Source: Amoebidium appalachense (lineage: Eukaryota > Protista > Ichthyosporea). Taken from it: DNA of 64,000 nt. Below the pieces are notes generated by a model. That model made no database searches and had not been told where the DNA came from. It saw nothing but the letters and a program-made list of their open reading frames with translations. Where the stretch lies: positions 9,020,664 to 9,084,663 of the forward strand of contig CAVNZM010000011.1 in assembly GCA_963693365.1 (NCBI GenBank), in the 5' to 3' direction. Of the stretch, positions 23,853 through 38,086 are shown in pieces (the first letter of the stretch is position 1; each line of letters opens with the position of its first letter). A program made the position numbers and the translations under genes.

Positions 23853-23873
23853 CGCACGCGCACACACACACAC

Positions 23874-23928
<55 letters not shown>

Positions 23929-23960
23929 CCAGCTGATACCGAGTGTCCCGAGGGGAGCCC

Positions 23961-23998
<38 letters not shown>

Positions 23999-25887
23999 GG
24001 GGAACCCCAACTAATTGATTTCTCCTTGTAGTCTTTATGGTGTCTCGTAGAGAAAGTAAACCCTGATATATAGTCACCACCCGACATCTATGTACGTGAT
24101 CATGATATACCGCTGAGGGGATATTCCGAGCAAACCCCCCCCCCCCATACCTGAGACTGGTTCTCTTTGCCTCGAGTAAACAGCGTAAACCCCCCCTTTA
24201 TTACAGGTGTTAAGATCTCTTTTTTTTCTTTTGACTGGTGTGATTTATTCGACGGAAAGATATGCAAGTATGCACGGCATACTGAGAAGACAATAAAAAC
24301 TTCACGAGTTATCCAGTAACAAGTGCATACTGAGATACCTGAACACTGTGTGAAAATTATATAAATACTCAATGTGACGACCAACAGAATTCAACAAAAA
24401 GTCTAAAGTGGTCACATTGCCAGCCAGTGTAGCAGACACCCGTAGGGAAAGAGGTAAAACGCGACATAAAAACTCACACCTATCAACATGCTTGCGATTA
24501 AAAAGTTCAGCACAAAAGTCGGACACACGGTATTGTCATAATCAGCACGGCTAAAGCCTTATTTATAAAAAGGTATAGAAGCTGGGAGTATCACATTTAT
24601 GTGTCATTTCTTCTTCGGTTCGGTGATAAGCCTGCACCATACCAGACAGAAAATCAGTGAGTTTAGTACATGCTATATTGAATCGCCATCGAAAATATAG
24701 GCTGACCAGTTGTTACCCTATTTGCAGGGGTGCGTGCTATGGAGAAACGGGTCTGTGCGCCGCGGCACTCGCTCGGTCGGTTAGCGTCACAGGGCGGCGC
24801 AGGCAGTCGCAGTGCAATAGTACAGCCTCCTCCAAGGCGATATTTCAAGTTCTTCTTGATGAAATATCAGAGTTTATTTAATTTTTCCCTAGCATAATGG
24901 CAGTTCTTCGTCCGCCTTCTCGCCTGCGTGCGAAAATCCAGCTCACAAACTGAGAATTCCGATTGTTTTTTCAGCACGCGTATCAATCGCGGGGGACTCG
25001 GTTACGCATTACGCATGCTTACGGTTGCGCGGTACCGCGTGCGGAAACTCGTTTTTAGCCTTCGTACGTCACATGATGCCGGCCGCGATAATTGTTCGGC
25101 GGTTCCCATTGGAAAGGGAAGGGGCACGCGTGCCTTTTACAAAGCCATTGCTTTCTCTTTTCTAATAGGAATAGCTAGCTTGACACCACTGATACCACTG
25201 AGTTTTTTGAATTTTTTTTTTGAATTCTCGTGTTTTCATGTTCTTGGAGTCTCCGCCCACTGACATAACTTCTACTATCAAGACAAAACGAATTATCTCT
25301 CGGTATGGTATTTTTTGTGCCAGCGGCTGCCTGCCAGATGAGATATCGATCATGCTACTTATGACTTAGCCAACAAACTTTACCAAAAAAACACGTTCCT
25401 TGCTGATTTAAACGCTCGTGTTATGGATAGATGCCATTCAACTATTGCTACCGTGAGGTTCAGTGCTGTTGTACAGCCTGTCAGGGGGCCTAGCATGCAT
25501 GGTCACTGAAAGATTTATTATTTTCGGTAGCTGTTCCCCTACATGTAGCTGTTCCTCTACGTTACCATGTTGTCCAGACTCTCAGAAAATATATTAACTC
25601 GCTCTCAGTCTTGACGATGACTTAGTTGTGCCTTTTCTGGCCGCATCTTTCAGTTTAACCTTGGATTCGACAAAGAGAGAAATAATGGTCACCAAGCTTT
25701 TTTAATAGCGCAACTTGACTACACGTTGTGAGCTGTCATCATCACTGTGGGTATCCTGGACCGTGTTGGTTTCCCGGAATCGATCTTAAGTATTCCCGTT
25801 CATTGACAAGAGAGGTGTGGAGGGGGTCTGTCAGAGGGACGGGACGAAAATTGCAGCAGTAAGAGCCTACAACCAGAACAGTTCAAA

Positions 25888-26858
25888 ATGAAGCGTGGAG
25901 CTGCTGAGGAAGGTGAGAAATTAGTAACTATGGTCACGGTCTGTGACTTTTTGGTTGGCTCGACGTAACGATTGTGTGGCCTTGGTTGTGCGGACACGTG
26001 GGTGTGTGGGTTGGTGTGGTTGGGTGTTGTATAAGATTTTGTGTGTTGACTCGTGTTAAAATTTCATGACGGCCTGCTCTTATTTTGGGTGTGGGTGTGG
26101 GGGGGGGGGGGGGGGGGGGAGGAGGCCCTTCTTTTTTCTTTTCCTTTTTTCTGTTTTTTTTTTTTGGGGGGGGGGGGGAGGGGGGGGGGGGGAGGGGAGA
26201 GGGGGAGAGGGGGCGGGGAGGGGGGGGGGGGGGGGGTTGCATTAGTTCATTGAGCCCTTCTTCACTTTTTAGTTGACTGACTTTCAGTCCCCCGGTGCCA
26301 CCCCGATCTTTTTTCTCCATCCGAACCGTTGTGTTGCAACGAAACACTCTGACACCTGCAGAGGCACACCATTAAATTTGTTAAAAGCGGGTCTCTTTAA
26401 AAAAAAAAAATAGTATAAGCAGGTACCCCTCATTGATTTCCGATTCAGAACATCTTGTATGACAGTTAATTATCAATTAGCCACTTTTGGGTCAGGCTCA
26501 ATCATTGTGTGATACCCGTTCCGCCATTCATATTGCATACACCCCCTTCGGGTCTGACGACCCGGATACCTAAAAGAATCACCCTTGAAGTTATAAATGT
26601 TGCACATGTGGAAACTGAGGACGTAACTACTGTGATGGGCTATCATGATGTACGTGGTCATTTGATGATTAGTGGTTGCTAATTCCTGGGAGTGAGTACT
26701 AGTGTACGTGCATACGTGGTTCAGAGCTCTGTCCCACTATCTTCCCACGTGATTTGTCACGCCTGTGCACACAAATAGCTCTTGTTAAAGTTACCATATT
26801 GTTCAGATGTGTGTTCCACCTCTACCTGTACAGAGGCATGCCTAGTTTAATATGTTGA

Positions 26859-26910
<52 letters not shown>

Positions 26911-27255
26911 GCATAATTAATAGCCCACGGTGACCCTTCCCCCCCCCCCCCCCCCCTCTCCCCCTCTTCCCCCCGTTCACCCCCCACTGTAATACACGAA
27001 ATGGTAAAACAACACACGCCCACGTGCACACACGTACACACGCACTTGGGTATGCAGAGAGTTAAGGGGGGGGGGGGGGGGGGGGGGGGTTTCAGAGAGG
27101 GAAACCTTGTGGAGAAAAAGATTACGCTTTTTCTTTTCATTGCTATCCATTCACCTATGTATTATCGTTGCAGGTTCTCGGCAAGAGCCATCAGACGAAC
27201 ACAGCAGCGACAATCGAGGGGCTAAGCGCACACGAAAGAAACAGTGAGTGTTTTG

Positions 27256-27331
<76 letters not shown>

Positions 27332-27420
27332 CTGCGCGTGCGCGTGCGCATGCGTGTGCACACACACGACACACGTGTGCATGTACACACATACGCACAC
27401 ACATGCACGTGACACACACA

Positions 27421-27481
<61 letters not shown>

Positions 27482-28247
27482 ACAGGTATATACATGCATG
27501 TGTTCAAGTTTTCAAAGTTTCCTATGACGCACACCGTCATACAGCGTACAGCGTACCTAAGACATCTAAATGTGTATCTGATCTTCTCGTTCAATTGGAT
27601 CGTGTGTTGGCTAGCATAGCGACTAGGTTTGCCTTATCAACCGTATCTGAAAGAGCACTTGCATTCACCAACTACATTGCTGCTCGCAGACGTGTATTCG
27701 CACAAACGTGCGCACACAAGCACACGCATACTAACCTTGCTGTGGTTCCATTTGCAGGCTATGGACACGTATCAAACAGCGATCAACGGACAAGCTAAGG
27801 CGTGATCAGACAGTGGAAAAGGTAACAGCCTCCACCCTCCCGTTCCCCCCATTCCCCCATTCCCCCTTTCCCCCCTTCCCCCCTTCCCCCCCCCCCCCCT
27901 TCTTCTCCGGCCTGGCCGGGTGTGCCCTTGCCCTTTTGCCGAATGTGTGTAACTCTCGTGCTTCTTTTGTGGAATTCGAATTTGCACTATGTGAGCATGA
28001 GTGCCCTGCCAGGTTTGTGAACGGTTATGTGTTTTGATGGGGAGGCACTCGTAACCTAATATTTTAATGCTCTGGAAATTCAAAGTTTCGTAAATCTTCG
28101 GTGTTACATTCTTTCCAGCTGGTTTGCATTTCTTCACATGTTGTTTTTCCTGGGTGACACCATGTCGTTTTTTTTTCTTGGCGAACACTACGTTGGCCAA
28201 CACCACCATGTCGGCTGTGTCGTTCTTTTTTTCTTGCTAACAGGGCC

Positions 28248-28284
<37 letters not shown>

Positions 28285-28623
28285 CCCGGGCCCCCTTAGC
28301 TACCACCATGTCGGGTTTTTTCTGGCTAACACCACCATTTCCTTTTCCTGTTTAACACCGCCATGCATTTTTGTCTTTGTTTTTATTTTTTCAAGCTAAC
28401 TCCACCATGCTTTTTTTCTGACGGACACTGCCATACCCTTTTTGGGCTAACACCACCATGTCGTTTTTTTTTTTTCTTCTGGCTAACACCACCATATCGT
28501 TTTTTCCTTTGCTATCACCATGTCGTTTTTTTTTTTTTTTCTTTGCTCACACCGCCATGTCGTTTTTTTTTGCTTCGCTAACACCGCCATGTCGTTTTTT
28601 TTCTTCGCTAACACCACCATGTC

Positions 28624-28658
<35 letters not shown>

Positions 28659-28819
28659 AACACCACCATGTCGTTTTTTTCTTTGCTAACACCACGTGTA
28701 GGTGGAGGAGTTGCGCCAGCTGCTGTGCCCGGATGACACACGGGCCACTCAGGCAGACATTTTGGATTTGACCCTCGATTTTCTCCAGCGCTTTGCTCGT
28801 ATGTGCTCCCCTCCCCCCC

Positions 28820-28850
<31 letters not shown>

Positions 28851-28879
28851 ACACCCCACCCACTTCCCCCCCCCCCCCT

Positions 28880-28911
<32 letters not shown>

Positions 28912-30198
28912 CTCCCTCTCTCTTTTCCTGTCTCACCCCATCCTTCTCCCCCTTCTCCCCATCACATGTTTTCCTCTTCCATTTCCCTGCTCCAACCCAC
29001 ACCAGCACCATGCCCTTCACTACCACCTTTTCTTTCTCTGCTACCCTTGACACACATGGTCTAAACTGCACGACATTATCCAATAATTGGCCATTTCATG
29101 TGGTCCATATATGCCACCTGACAGCCTGTATGATGGGATAAGGGCCTAATAGACCAATAGTGTTTCATCCGTAAGGGAAATGACACATAATCATTTCAAA
29201 TATTGACCTGATATCAGGTTTTTTTTATTACAACATTAAGGACTATGTCGGCATTTCGCTGCATGGGGTTCTCTTTTTGGGCAGCGCAGTACAAGATGTT
29301 CTGATGGGAAACACCCACATGGAAGCCAAAAGGCTCCTATAGTACGTTTCAGATTTTTCCCGAGCATACTGGTAAAAGAAGGTGATGTCGTGATTATGTC
29401 TACATTACATGTGTTTCGTGGTACTTTATCGAAACATGAGGCGGAGTGGTTGTACCTCAAGGCCCGATGATGTCGTATTTCATATTATATCTAGACGTCT
29501 CAAGGTTGTACGTTAATTTTCTGGTATTATATATTATGCTTGCCGAAAAGTAATCCATCTGCCGTTGGACATGCTTATCTCGTATTTGTGTCGACATTCA
29601 AGTAGTGCCTTCGAAAGATCACCCGAATTTTTTCATTAGAGCGCGATAATGTCGTACGTGTCGGCATTCCAAGTATAGCCGAAACATCATACGACATGCC
29701 GCTAAATCTAGCCGTAGGGGGTTTCACATGACCATTTTCGGTCTGGTTATATCCAAGTATGTTTCTTTAACAGAACACGTATACATATACATAATTGGAC
29801 ATGTATAAAGTCACTCTAGTATATTATACTATACTATATTTGCCGTACACTTACATTTCCTTTATAACGTCCACAGCTGCACTAGCTTCTTCCGTTATGC
29901 CCGATGCTGATTCGTCGTCAGAACCAGACAGCGACAAAGAGCCAATCGCGCCATTGGCTGTCACCGCGGCAACCGAAATCCAATCAAAAGAGGAGCCGGA
30001 GGAGAATGGGGACAGCGCGGAATGGGCCAGAATATTTATGGAAAAATCGGATGTGATTGTGCTGGTGGCAAATGGTACGGGGGAGATTATGTATGCGTCA
30101 AGTTTGGCTCGGAGGCTTTTGAACCTGGGGACGGAGACGGTGGCATCTGGATTGTTCCTTCAGGACTTTGTGTACCAGTCTGAAAGGGTAGGTGCCGG

Positions 30199-30256
<58 letters not shown>

Positions 30257-30498
30257 CGGTTAATCCTTTGTTTTCGTCGTTCTTGTCTTTGCTTTTGTCT
30301 CGCTTTTTCCAGAGGTTAAAGAGTCAAAACTCATGCCTTTGTGGAGGCATAGGAACCCCCCTGATGATGGGCTCTGTTCAAGTGTCTTCTGCCTGCACGC
30401 TTAATTGTTTTGATTTTGGATTTCCCACCTTTGTGACGCTTTGTTGTTGCTCTTTGTTGTCTCCTCCATATTTCCAACCCTCTAACGCATACATCACC

Positions 30499-30544
<46 letters not shown>

Positions 30545-30915
30545 AAAAAAAAAAAAAAAAACCAACCTCGGGAGCAGGTAAAACAAACCAAGAAATCACT
30601 TCAGACGTAGTTCTTACATCCATTTCCCTCCTCCTGCCTACAGACCATCCTCCAACTACAGCTCCAATCATGTCTGGAGCGTGGCCCGGGCCATTCCCGC
30701 ACTGTGCGCACAAACATCGGCTCAAAAGACGGACACATGATCCCTATGGAAGTACGCCTGTCGGCCGTTGTGAGCAAGGAGGGCCCCGTTGTGCTGCTGG
30801 AGGGGTCACCGCAAATCCCAATGCAGCTGTCTGAATATTTGGATTTTCCGTGCATGACGTGTGTGTCTGTGCATGACACCGCAGGTATGTACAGGGGTGT
30901 GTGTGTGTGTGGGGT

Positions 30916-30947
<32 letters not shown>

Positions 30948-31419
30948 TGGGTGAGTGGGTGTGGGGTGTGGGTGGGTGAATGCGGGAATGGGTGGTGTAT
31001 AGCTGGGTGTGTGCGATGCGGGAATGGTGTGTGGGTGTGCGTGTGGTTGTGGTTGTGTGTGTTGTTTAGTGGTTAGGGGGAAATGAGGAGGAGGGGGGGT
31101 ACCACCCTCGCAAGAGCGTTTTCCAGGTGTCAACACAATTGCCAAAGCTGGCCAAAAATCATCCTTAGTCGTTTTAAGTCACTCATGTGTAGCTTATTTG
31201 CTTCTGCACATATAGCACGACCACATTCATGTTGGCACACACAGACAGACATGCGCATGTGCATGCACATGCATACATGCACATATGCGTGCACGCAAGC
31301 ATACAGAGAGACTCTCACACACACGGGCACACACACACGTTCACTGACAAACCCAATGGCACACACACGTAAGAGCACACACACACACATGCACACACAC
31401 ATATGCACACACCCGCGCG

Positions 31420-31483
<64 letters not shown>

Positions 31484-32189
31484 CACGTTCACTGACTCAT
31501 GTACGCACTCGCTCACACAGAGAGAGACACACACACACATACACACACACACACACATAATTCACTCGCTCGCTCACTCATCTGACACCCTCCCACACAC
31601 ACACACTCACTCACTCACTCACTCACCCATACTCATCCCCCCCCCCCCCCCCCCCCCCCCCCCCTTCCCCCCCCTCCCCACCCTCCCATACATCACCCCC
31701 TCCCCCGCTCCCCTCCTCCCCCCCCCTCCCCCCCCCCCCCCCCACACACACACACACACACACCCACACACACGCACACAGGCCGCATCATATCGGCCAA
31801 CAACCACATCTACGAGGTCATGGGCATACGTGTGGAGGACCTACGTGGGGGGATTATTATGGTGATTCACCATAGGGAGGACCAGGCACGTACACTGAGG
31901 TGCCAGAGATATTTGGCGTCGGCAGGGAGAATGGTATGTGAACCTGCGGGTTCTGTCGTGTTTTTACCGGTTGAATTGTTTTGTGTTGAAGTCTCCCATC
32001 CTATGTGTGGCGGGATTTGCTGGCGCATGAGTGCCTACGTGTATGGGTCGTGGGTGTCTGCGTGTCACGCAGCGTGCGTGCAAGCATGTGTGTGTCGACG
32101 TGTGCACACATGTAGGCGTTCAGACCGTTTTATATGCACATTCGTGTGGATGTGTGCATTCTCGTGTGTGTGTGCATGTGTCATTGCAT

Positions 32190-32225
<36 letters not shown>

Positions 32226-32657
32226 TTCCTCCCCTCTCCTTTTTCCCTCAGGGGTTGACTCTGTTGAAAGTATGGGTTGGGAAGCATGTGCAAGAGGTTA
32301 GAGATTCGAGCCCCATTCTTCTTTTGTGGACGCATAGGAACCCCCCTGATGATGGGCTCTGTTCAAGTGTCTTCTGCCTGCACACTTATATTGTTTGATT
32401 TTGGATTTCCCACTTTGTGACGTTTTGTTGATGCTGTTTGTTGTCTCCTCCATATTTCCAACCCTCTAACCCATACATCACCCCCCCCCCCCCCCCCCCC
32501 CCCCCCCTCCCTACGCCTCCCCCTCCCCCTCCCCCGGATGGGCTCTGCTCAATAAGCCTACTCTTTGCGTGTTGTTTGCACTCTGCATTGTGTTATGGAT
32601 GTGTACTATGTGTGCTCTATAACACATTCTAACCTTCCCCCCCCCCCCCCCTCTGCT

Positions 32658-32698
<41 letters not shown>

Positions 32699-32944
32699 CA
32701 CACACACACACACGTACACGTACACGTACACGTACACACACAGGGCATTATCCGTCGTGGTCTCCTTCGTGTGACCTACCGCGCCTACCACGCCCGCCTG
32801 CAACACTACGTCTGGCTCACCTCTGAACTGGGGACGGAGGAGGGACCGGACGGGCCGAGAGTTGTTGCACTCACTTGGTTTGACCACCCGTTTGCTGGAT
32901 TGTATGCCGCACCCGTTGGAGGTATGTGGTTTTAAAAAAAAAAA

Positions 32945-33006
<62 letters not shown>

Positions 33007-33298
33007 CGCGCGCGCGCGCGCGCGCAGTTGGTGGTGGTCGGGGGGGGAGGAGGAGGGGGGGGGGGGGGGGGATGAGGAGTGTGGGCATGTGGGTGTGACT
33101 GTAGGTGTGGGTGTCAGGTGGGAAGTGTAGGTTCAAGGTGTGCATGTGTGGTTGCGGGGTGGGCGTGGGCTTGTGGTTTGATGGCGTGTGGATCTTGTGG
33201 GTGTGGGTACGTGTGAACACGGGTGCGCTTGCATTACTTGGCTTGTCTTTGGTGTTCACCCCATGGACATTTTCTTCTTTCTTCTCTCTTCTGCGCAA

Positions 33299-33331
<33 letters not shown>

Positions 33332-33368
33332 ACACCCACACCCACACCCACACACACACACACAACCC

Positions 33369-33410
<42 letters not shown>

Positions 33411-33727
33411 ACCTGCCCTTCCCCTTAAGGGCCGTCACTGCCCAGGATGCATGAAACCTTTTTGGGGGGGGGGGGGGGGGGGGGGGAATAAGCAACCAAA
33501 TTGTGATTGTACACAGAGCCACATGAGCGAGATATGGAGGTCAGTTTCACAGCAATGACCCAAGACCTACAAGAGGTTGGTGACCCCCCCCCCCCCCCCC
33601 CCCCCCTTCCCCCCCTCCCCTCCCCCCCCCCCCCCCCCCCCTCTTTCCCCCTTTCCCCTGGCCTGGGAGTCGCCGCCGTCATTGGTGATAGGCTGAGGTC
33701 AGCGTCAGAACATTGCATGGGCATTCT

Positions 33728-33760
<33 letters not shown>

Positions 33761-33810
33761 TTTTTGTGTGTGTATGTGTTTTGGGTATGTTGGGCAGGGG
33801 GCACGGGGGC

Positions 33811-33881
<71 letters not shown>

Positions 33882-35348
33882 TGGATGTGTCGTTTTTTTT
33901 TAGCTTTTTTTTTTTCGTTTTTTTTTTTAAAAAAAATTCTGGGGAGAGGGGGGGGGGGGGGAGGGGGGGATATGGCTCTCTGTGTGAGTCGAGAGACCAC
34001 ATGCTTTTCGCAGAATAATCAGCAGTCTATCTCGTTTGAATGTTTTGTCCCTGACAAGAATTTGCTCCAAACAACCCCCTTAAAACAAAACTTCTAACCC
34101 CACAAATACTAATTTATTTTCCCAAAACAGGAAAACATGCGTCTAAAACGTGACCTGGAGGCCCTTAAATGCACACCAGCGCCTTTCCTCTCCAGCCCCG
34201 AGGGAAGCGCACACAGCACGCCTGTAAATCGCAACACAGAGGGATCGGATTTCCAAATCGGGCGAACGCAATCTGCTCCCGCATGGGAGGCACCACCATC
34301 ATCAAATTCACTGAAACGAACTTCAAGCTCAAAATCCAGACATCTCGACATTAGGAACAACGCGGATAGAGCTCCCCCTCCTCCGGCGCAAATGTCGCCC
34401 CAGGGGACCAACCACAACCGTGTTTTTGGTCCAAGATCCCCCCATTCGGCGCATGGTCATGTCACCAGGCCGCCACCACCACCACCGCAACAGCACGTAG
34501 AATACAAATATGCACGGCCGTTTTCGTCAGAGGGTTTTTCCGAACAAGACGTATACGGGCCTCTGGTTGCTGACAGAAGTATCCCCTCTGATCTCCCTCC
34601 AAGGCAGGTTCGCCCTCGAAACGGGTACAATATATCTGAGGGGGGACACCCGCAAAGGATACACGATCGCCCTTTAGATATGCCGCGGGCATACCAGGGA
34701 AATCCGGGAAATTTTGCAGATAATTCTGAAATGAGGCACGATCGGCCCGGAAACGTAGCCTATTCTCCCCATTCTTACCGGCCGGCTTTCTCTTCGACTA
34801 ACCTCCGGCCACAACAGCGATCATATCCCGAATACCCGGAACGAATTCGAGTTCCATCCAAATCTGAACCGGGTCAATACGGGCCATTCGAACCGGCCCG
34901 TTATGGCCCACGGAGTTACCAACATACCCATGCACCCGGGTTCGAACCAGAGTCGGGTCGACCCATGAGCCGAGTCAGTCCTCGTGGGTCGGGTACCGAA
35001 CCGTTTATGTACGAAAGGAACCGGCCCGAAATTCCCGAGCCAATCTACGTGAACATGAACGGAGGTAGTTACGAACCACCAGATATGTCACGATGGGCCG
35101 CGAAAAACGTCATGACGCGGGCACACCAGAAACGAGACGGGGGCGAAAATATCAACGACGGGGGGGTTCAGAATGCACATGGGGGCTACTATGTAAATGA
35201 TAGGGAGTATATGAACCGGTTTCCTCCCGGGTCCGACCCGCAATACGAGGAAGTTGGCCCGGCCCGACCCTGGGATGATATGAATACGATGATGGGACCG
35301 AGGGGACCTCATATGCCCCCGCCGCGGGGTAGTATGCCTTATCGGTAA
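25888..35348 (+). CDS. bHLH-PAS transcription factor (bHLH + PAS-A + PAS-B + short coiled coil + Pro-rich disordered tail), 10 exons, ~804 aa
   Basis: Phase-consistent exons 25888-25912, 27174-27243, 27758-27821, 28702-28798, 29877-30187, 30644-30884, 31782-31933, 32744-32921, 33517-33575, 34131-35348. b[79 protein letters not shown]...[24 protein letters not shown]...[16 protein letters not shown]...[18 protein letters not shown]. Start exon and last codons are less certain. Confidence 0.85.
28157..28698 (+). repeat. Minisatellite, ~15 units of GCTAACACCRCCATGTCG(T)n, at the 3' end of bHLH-PAS intron 3
   Basis: Units read directly. The last unit GCTAACACCACGTGTAG supplies the predicted 3' splice site at 28701. 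Confidence 0.9.
30332..30498 (+). repeat. Family A copy in bHLH-PAS intron 5
   Basis: Full-length copy followed by poly(C). Confidence 0.9.
32321..32482 (+). repeat. Family A copy in bHLH-PAS intron 7
   Basis: Full-length copy followed by poly(C). Confidence 0.9.
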
Positions 35349-35763
35349 ATGTTTTTCGATGAGAAATTTGGAGGTGAGATTTTGCGTCATAAATGACATC
35401 AGTTTGCTATCACATATATATAATATATATATTATGTATTAGAAAATTATTGATATATTGATATATATATATGATGTAAACGTTGCTGGTCGGGCCGCTC
35501 AAGTCGTTGACATTAGAGCGTGATGATTGGTTTTGACTACTTGTGGCGTTTTTTTCTTTTTTTTAGGCACTTGCCAAGTAATGTCGAACCACTGAGAATT
35601 TAGGCGTTGAAGCGAACATTTTATCAGGGTTATTTTCCAATGCACCAGTAGGTTTTTTTTGTTTGTTTTTTGTTTTTTTTGTGTTTTTTTGCGAAATGAT
35701 GCTGCCCTTCATGATTACATACGGGATTGTGTCTGCTTGTATGCACACCCGGATCACACACGC

Positions 35764-35833
<70 letters not shown>

Positions 35834-35835
35834 CA

Positions 35836-35870
<35 letters not shown>

Positions 35871-36915
35871 GCACACACACACACACACATCTTTTTTTTT
35901 CAGTGTTTGAAATTTTTCCTCGTATAAGCTACGAGCTTTCTTTGTGACAGATGAAGGTTTTTCCTTTCTCCGTAATAGAATATGAGATCGACATGTATGC
36001 AAGCATGTTCCGACTGAAACTTGGATATGATTTTGTGGCAAATGGCAAATAAGCGTAGTAGTACGAATGAACTTTGGCTGACACGTAGTGTGTTGGTGCG
36101 ATTATTTGCACATGCGAGAAAAAGCTTTTGGATGTGTTTCCATATTTGCGTGTCGTGGCCATTCGTCTGTTTAAATACTCTGGCCTGAAGTTATCTCGAC
36201 TATTCAGGAATTGAATGTTGAAAATATGTAAACATCAAGGGCCTTACGAAACATGTGCACCCAAGGTGGTGAAAATATGAAATAGAAAATAAATTGTTTT
36301 TTGATCTTCGGGTTATTACAGTTATCTTTCTACTTTTTTTATAGTTTTATGAAAACTTTTTGAATGGCGCGCCAAAACTTCCCGCCCAAATTTCGATATT
36401 TGGCTAATCGTGCGATCGCTCAAAAATAATTGGTCCATACATCATTTTTTCGATTTTTATTCATGGCCTAGTATAGACTGTAATGGGGGGAAGTAAACAC
36501 AGTCTCGTTTCTAGATCTGTTACTTAGCCTGCAAAATGTTATGTACGTACATTTGGGAGTATTGAATCCGAATATATATAGTATGTGCAGTGCTCCCATC
36601 AGTTGCATCAGTTGCTTACCCTCCCCGGTTGCATGCACACATGTAATAATATAGATACACGCCACCTGCTATATCATTGTACCACTTGCACATGCAAAGG
36701 CCTAGGGAGCGAGCCCGGCCGACCGATCGCGAGGCTGGGCAATAACGATATATGGTGTACATGAAGCCATCAATTGAGGTTTAATAAAGTAGGATTGATG
36801 GTGTGCCTGTTTGAAGCGACTTATTCCTGAGGGATAAAACAGCATTCAAACGAGATAGAATGCTAACTATTTCGAGAAAAGCACGTGCTCTCTCCACTCA
36901 CACAGAAGGTCATAT

Positions 36916-36946
<31 letters not shown>

Positions 36947-37539
36947 ACCAACCACCACCACCACCACCACCCCGCCCCTGCCCCGCCCCCGCCCCTCCTC
37001 TCACCGCCCCGGGCCACAATGTGTTCGTCGAATTCGTGTGCATGTGCGTGGGGAGTTGTGTGTGGCACTCAGTGTGTGCACATGCATGCATATACGTGTG
37101 TGTGGCTGGGCGTGACCACGTGCGTGTTCATATGTGTAACACTGTTCACATGCATTCACATGCATTCACATGCATTCACATGCATTCACATGCATGATCA
37201 GACGCTGTCACGGTGGTCACATGCATGTATACTACTCATGCAGACCCCGGTTCCGGCCTTGCCCCCCCCTCCCCACCACCCAAAAAAAAAAAAAGAAAAA
37301 AAAAAAAGGAAAAAGGCAAAAAAAATTGGATGATCTGGTACGTATTGGGGAAAGCAGACATGCAGTCAAGTCAAACGTTGGGCAGCAACGACGTTTCGTC
37401 ACCCGAGATCTCGTCCTGCTACCCGGAGGCCCGTGTTTCCCCTTCGAGAGTCCATGTTTTCTGAGTGAGTTCCCCCCCCCCCCCCCCCTCCCCCCCCCCC
37501 CCCCCTCCTCCCCCCCCCCCCCCCCCCCCCCCCGACCTT

Positions 37540-37843
<304 letters not shown>

Positions 37844-38016
37844 GGCACGGCGGGGTGGCCGGCCCGGGGGGGTAATACGTGTACGGTGGCACTCAGTGAC
37901 TCTGTACACGTGGCTCTGTCAGTGTGTGCACTGGCCAGAAAGTGGGCCCGACACGCATGCCCGACATTATCTTTATCACCGGGTGGTGTGAAAAGGTGAA
38001 TAGGTTAACCTAATAG

Positions 38017-38086
<70 letters not shown>

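Larger units (their letters stand above)
19970..23997 (+). mobile_element. Non-LTR (LINE) retrotransposon, APE + RT, degenerate
   Basis: Broken upstream ORFs, ORF2 with APE and RT motifs, stop TAG 23850-23852, (CA)n 23853-23926, poly(A) ~23965-23997. The 5' boundary is uncertain and no TSD was found. Confidence 0.9.

Noticed and set aside
28157-28698. CRISPR-like regular repeat array
   Set aside because: Spacers are just T-runs, the context is a eukaryotic intron, and there are no cas genes.
25900-28701. CACGTG E-boxes around the bHLH-PAS gene as autoregulation
   Set aside because: CACGTG arises everywhere at CA/TG microsatellite junctions in this window; no visible enrichment.
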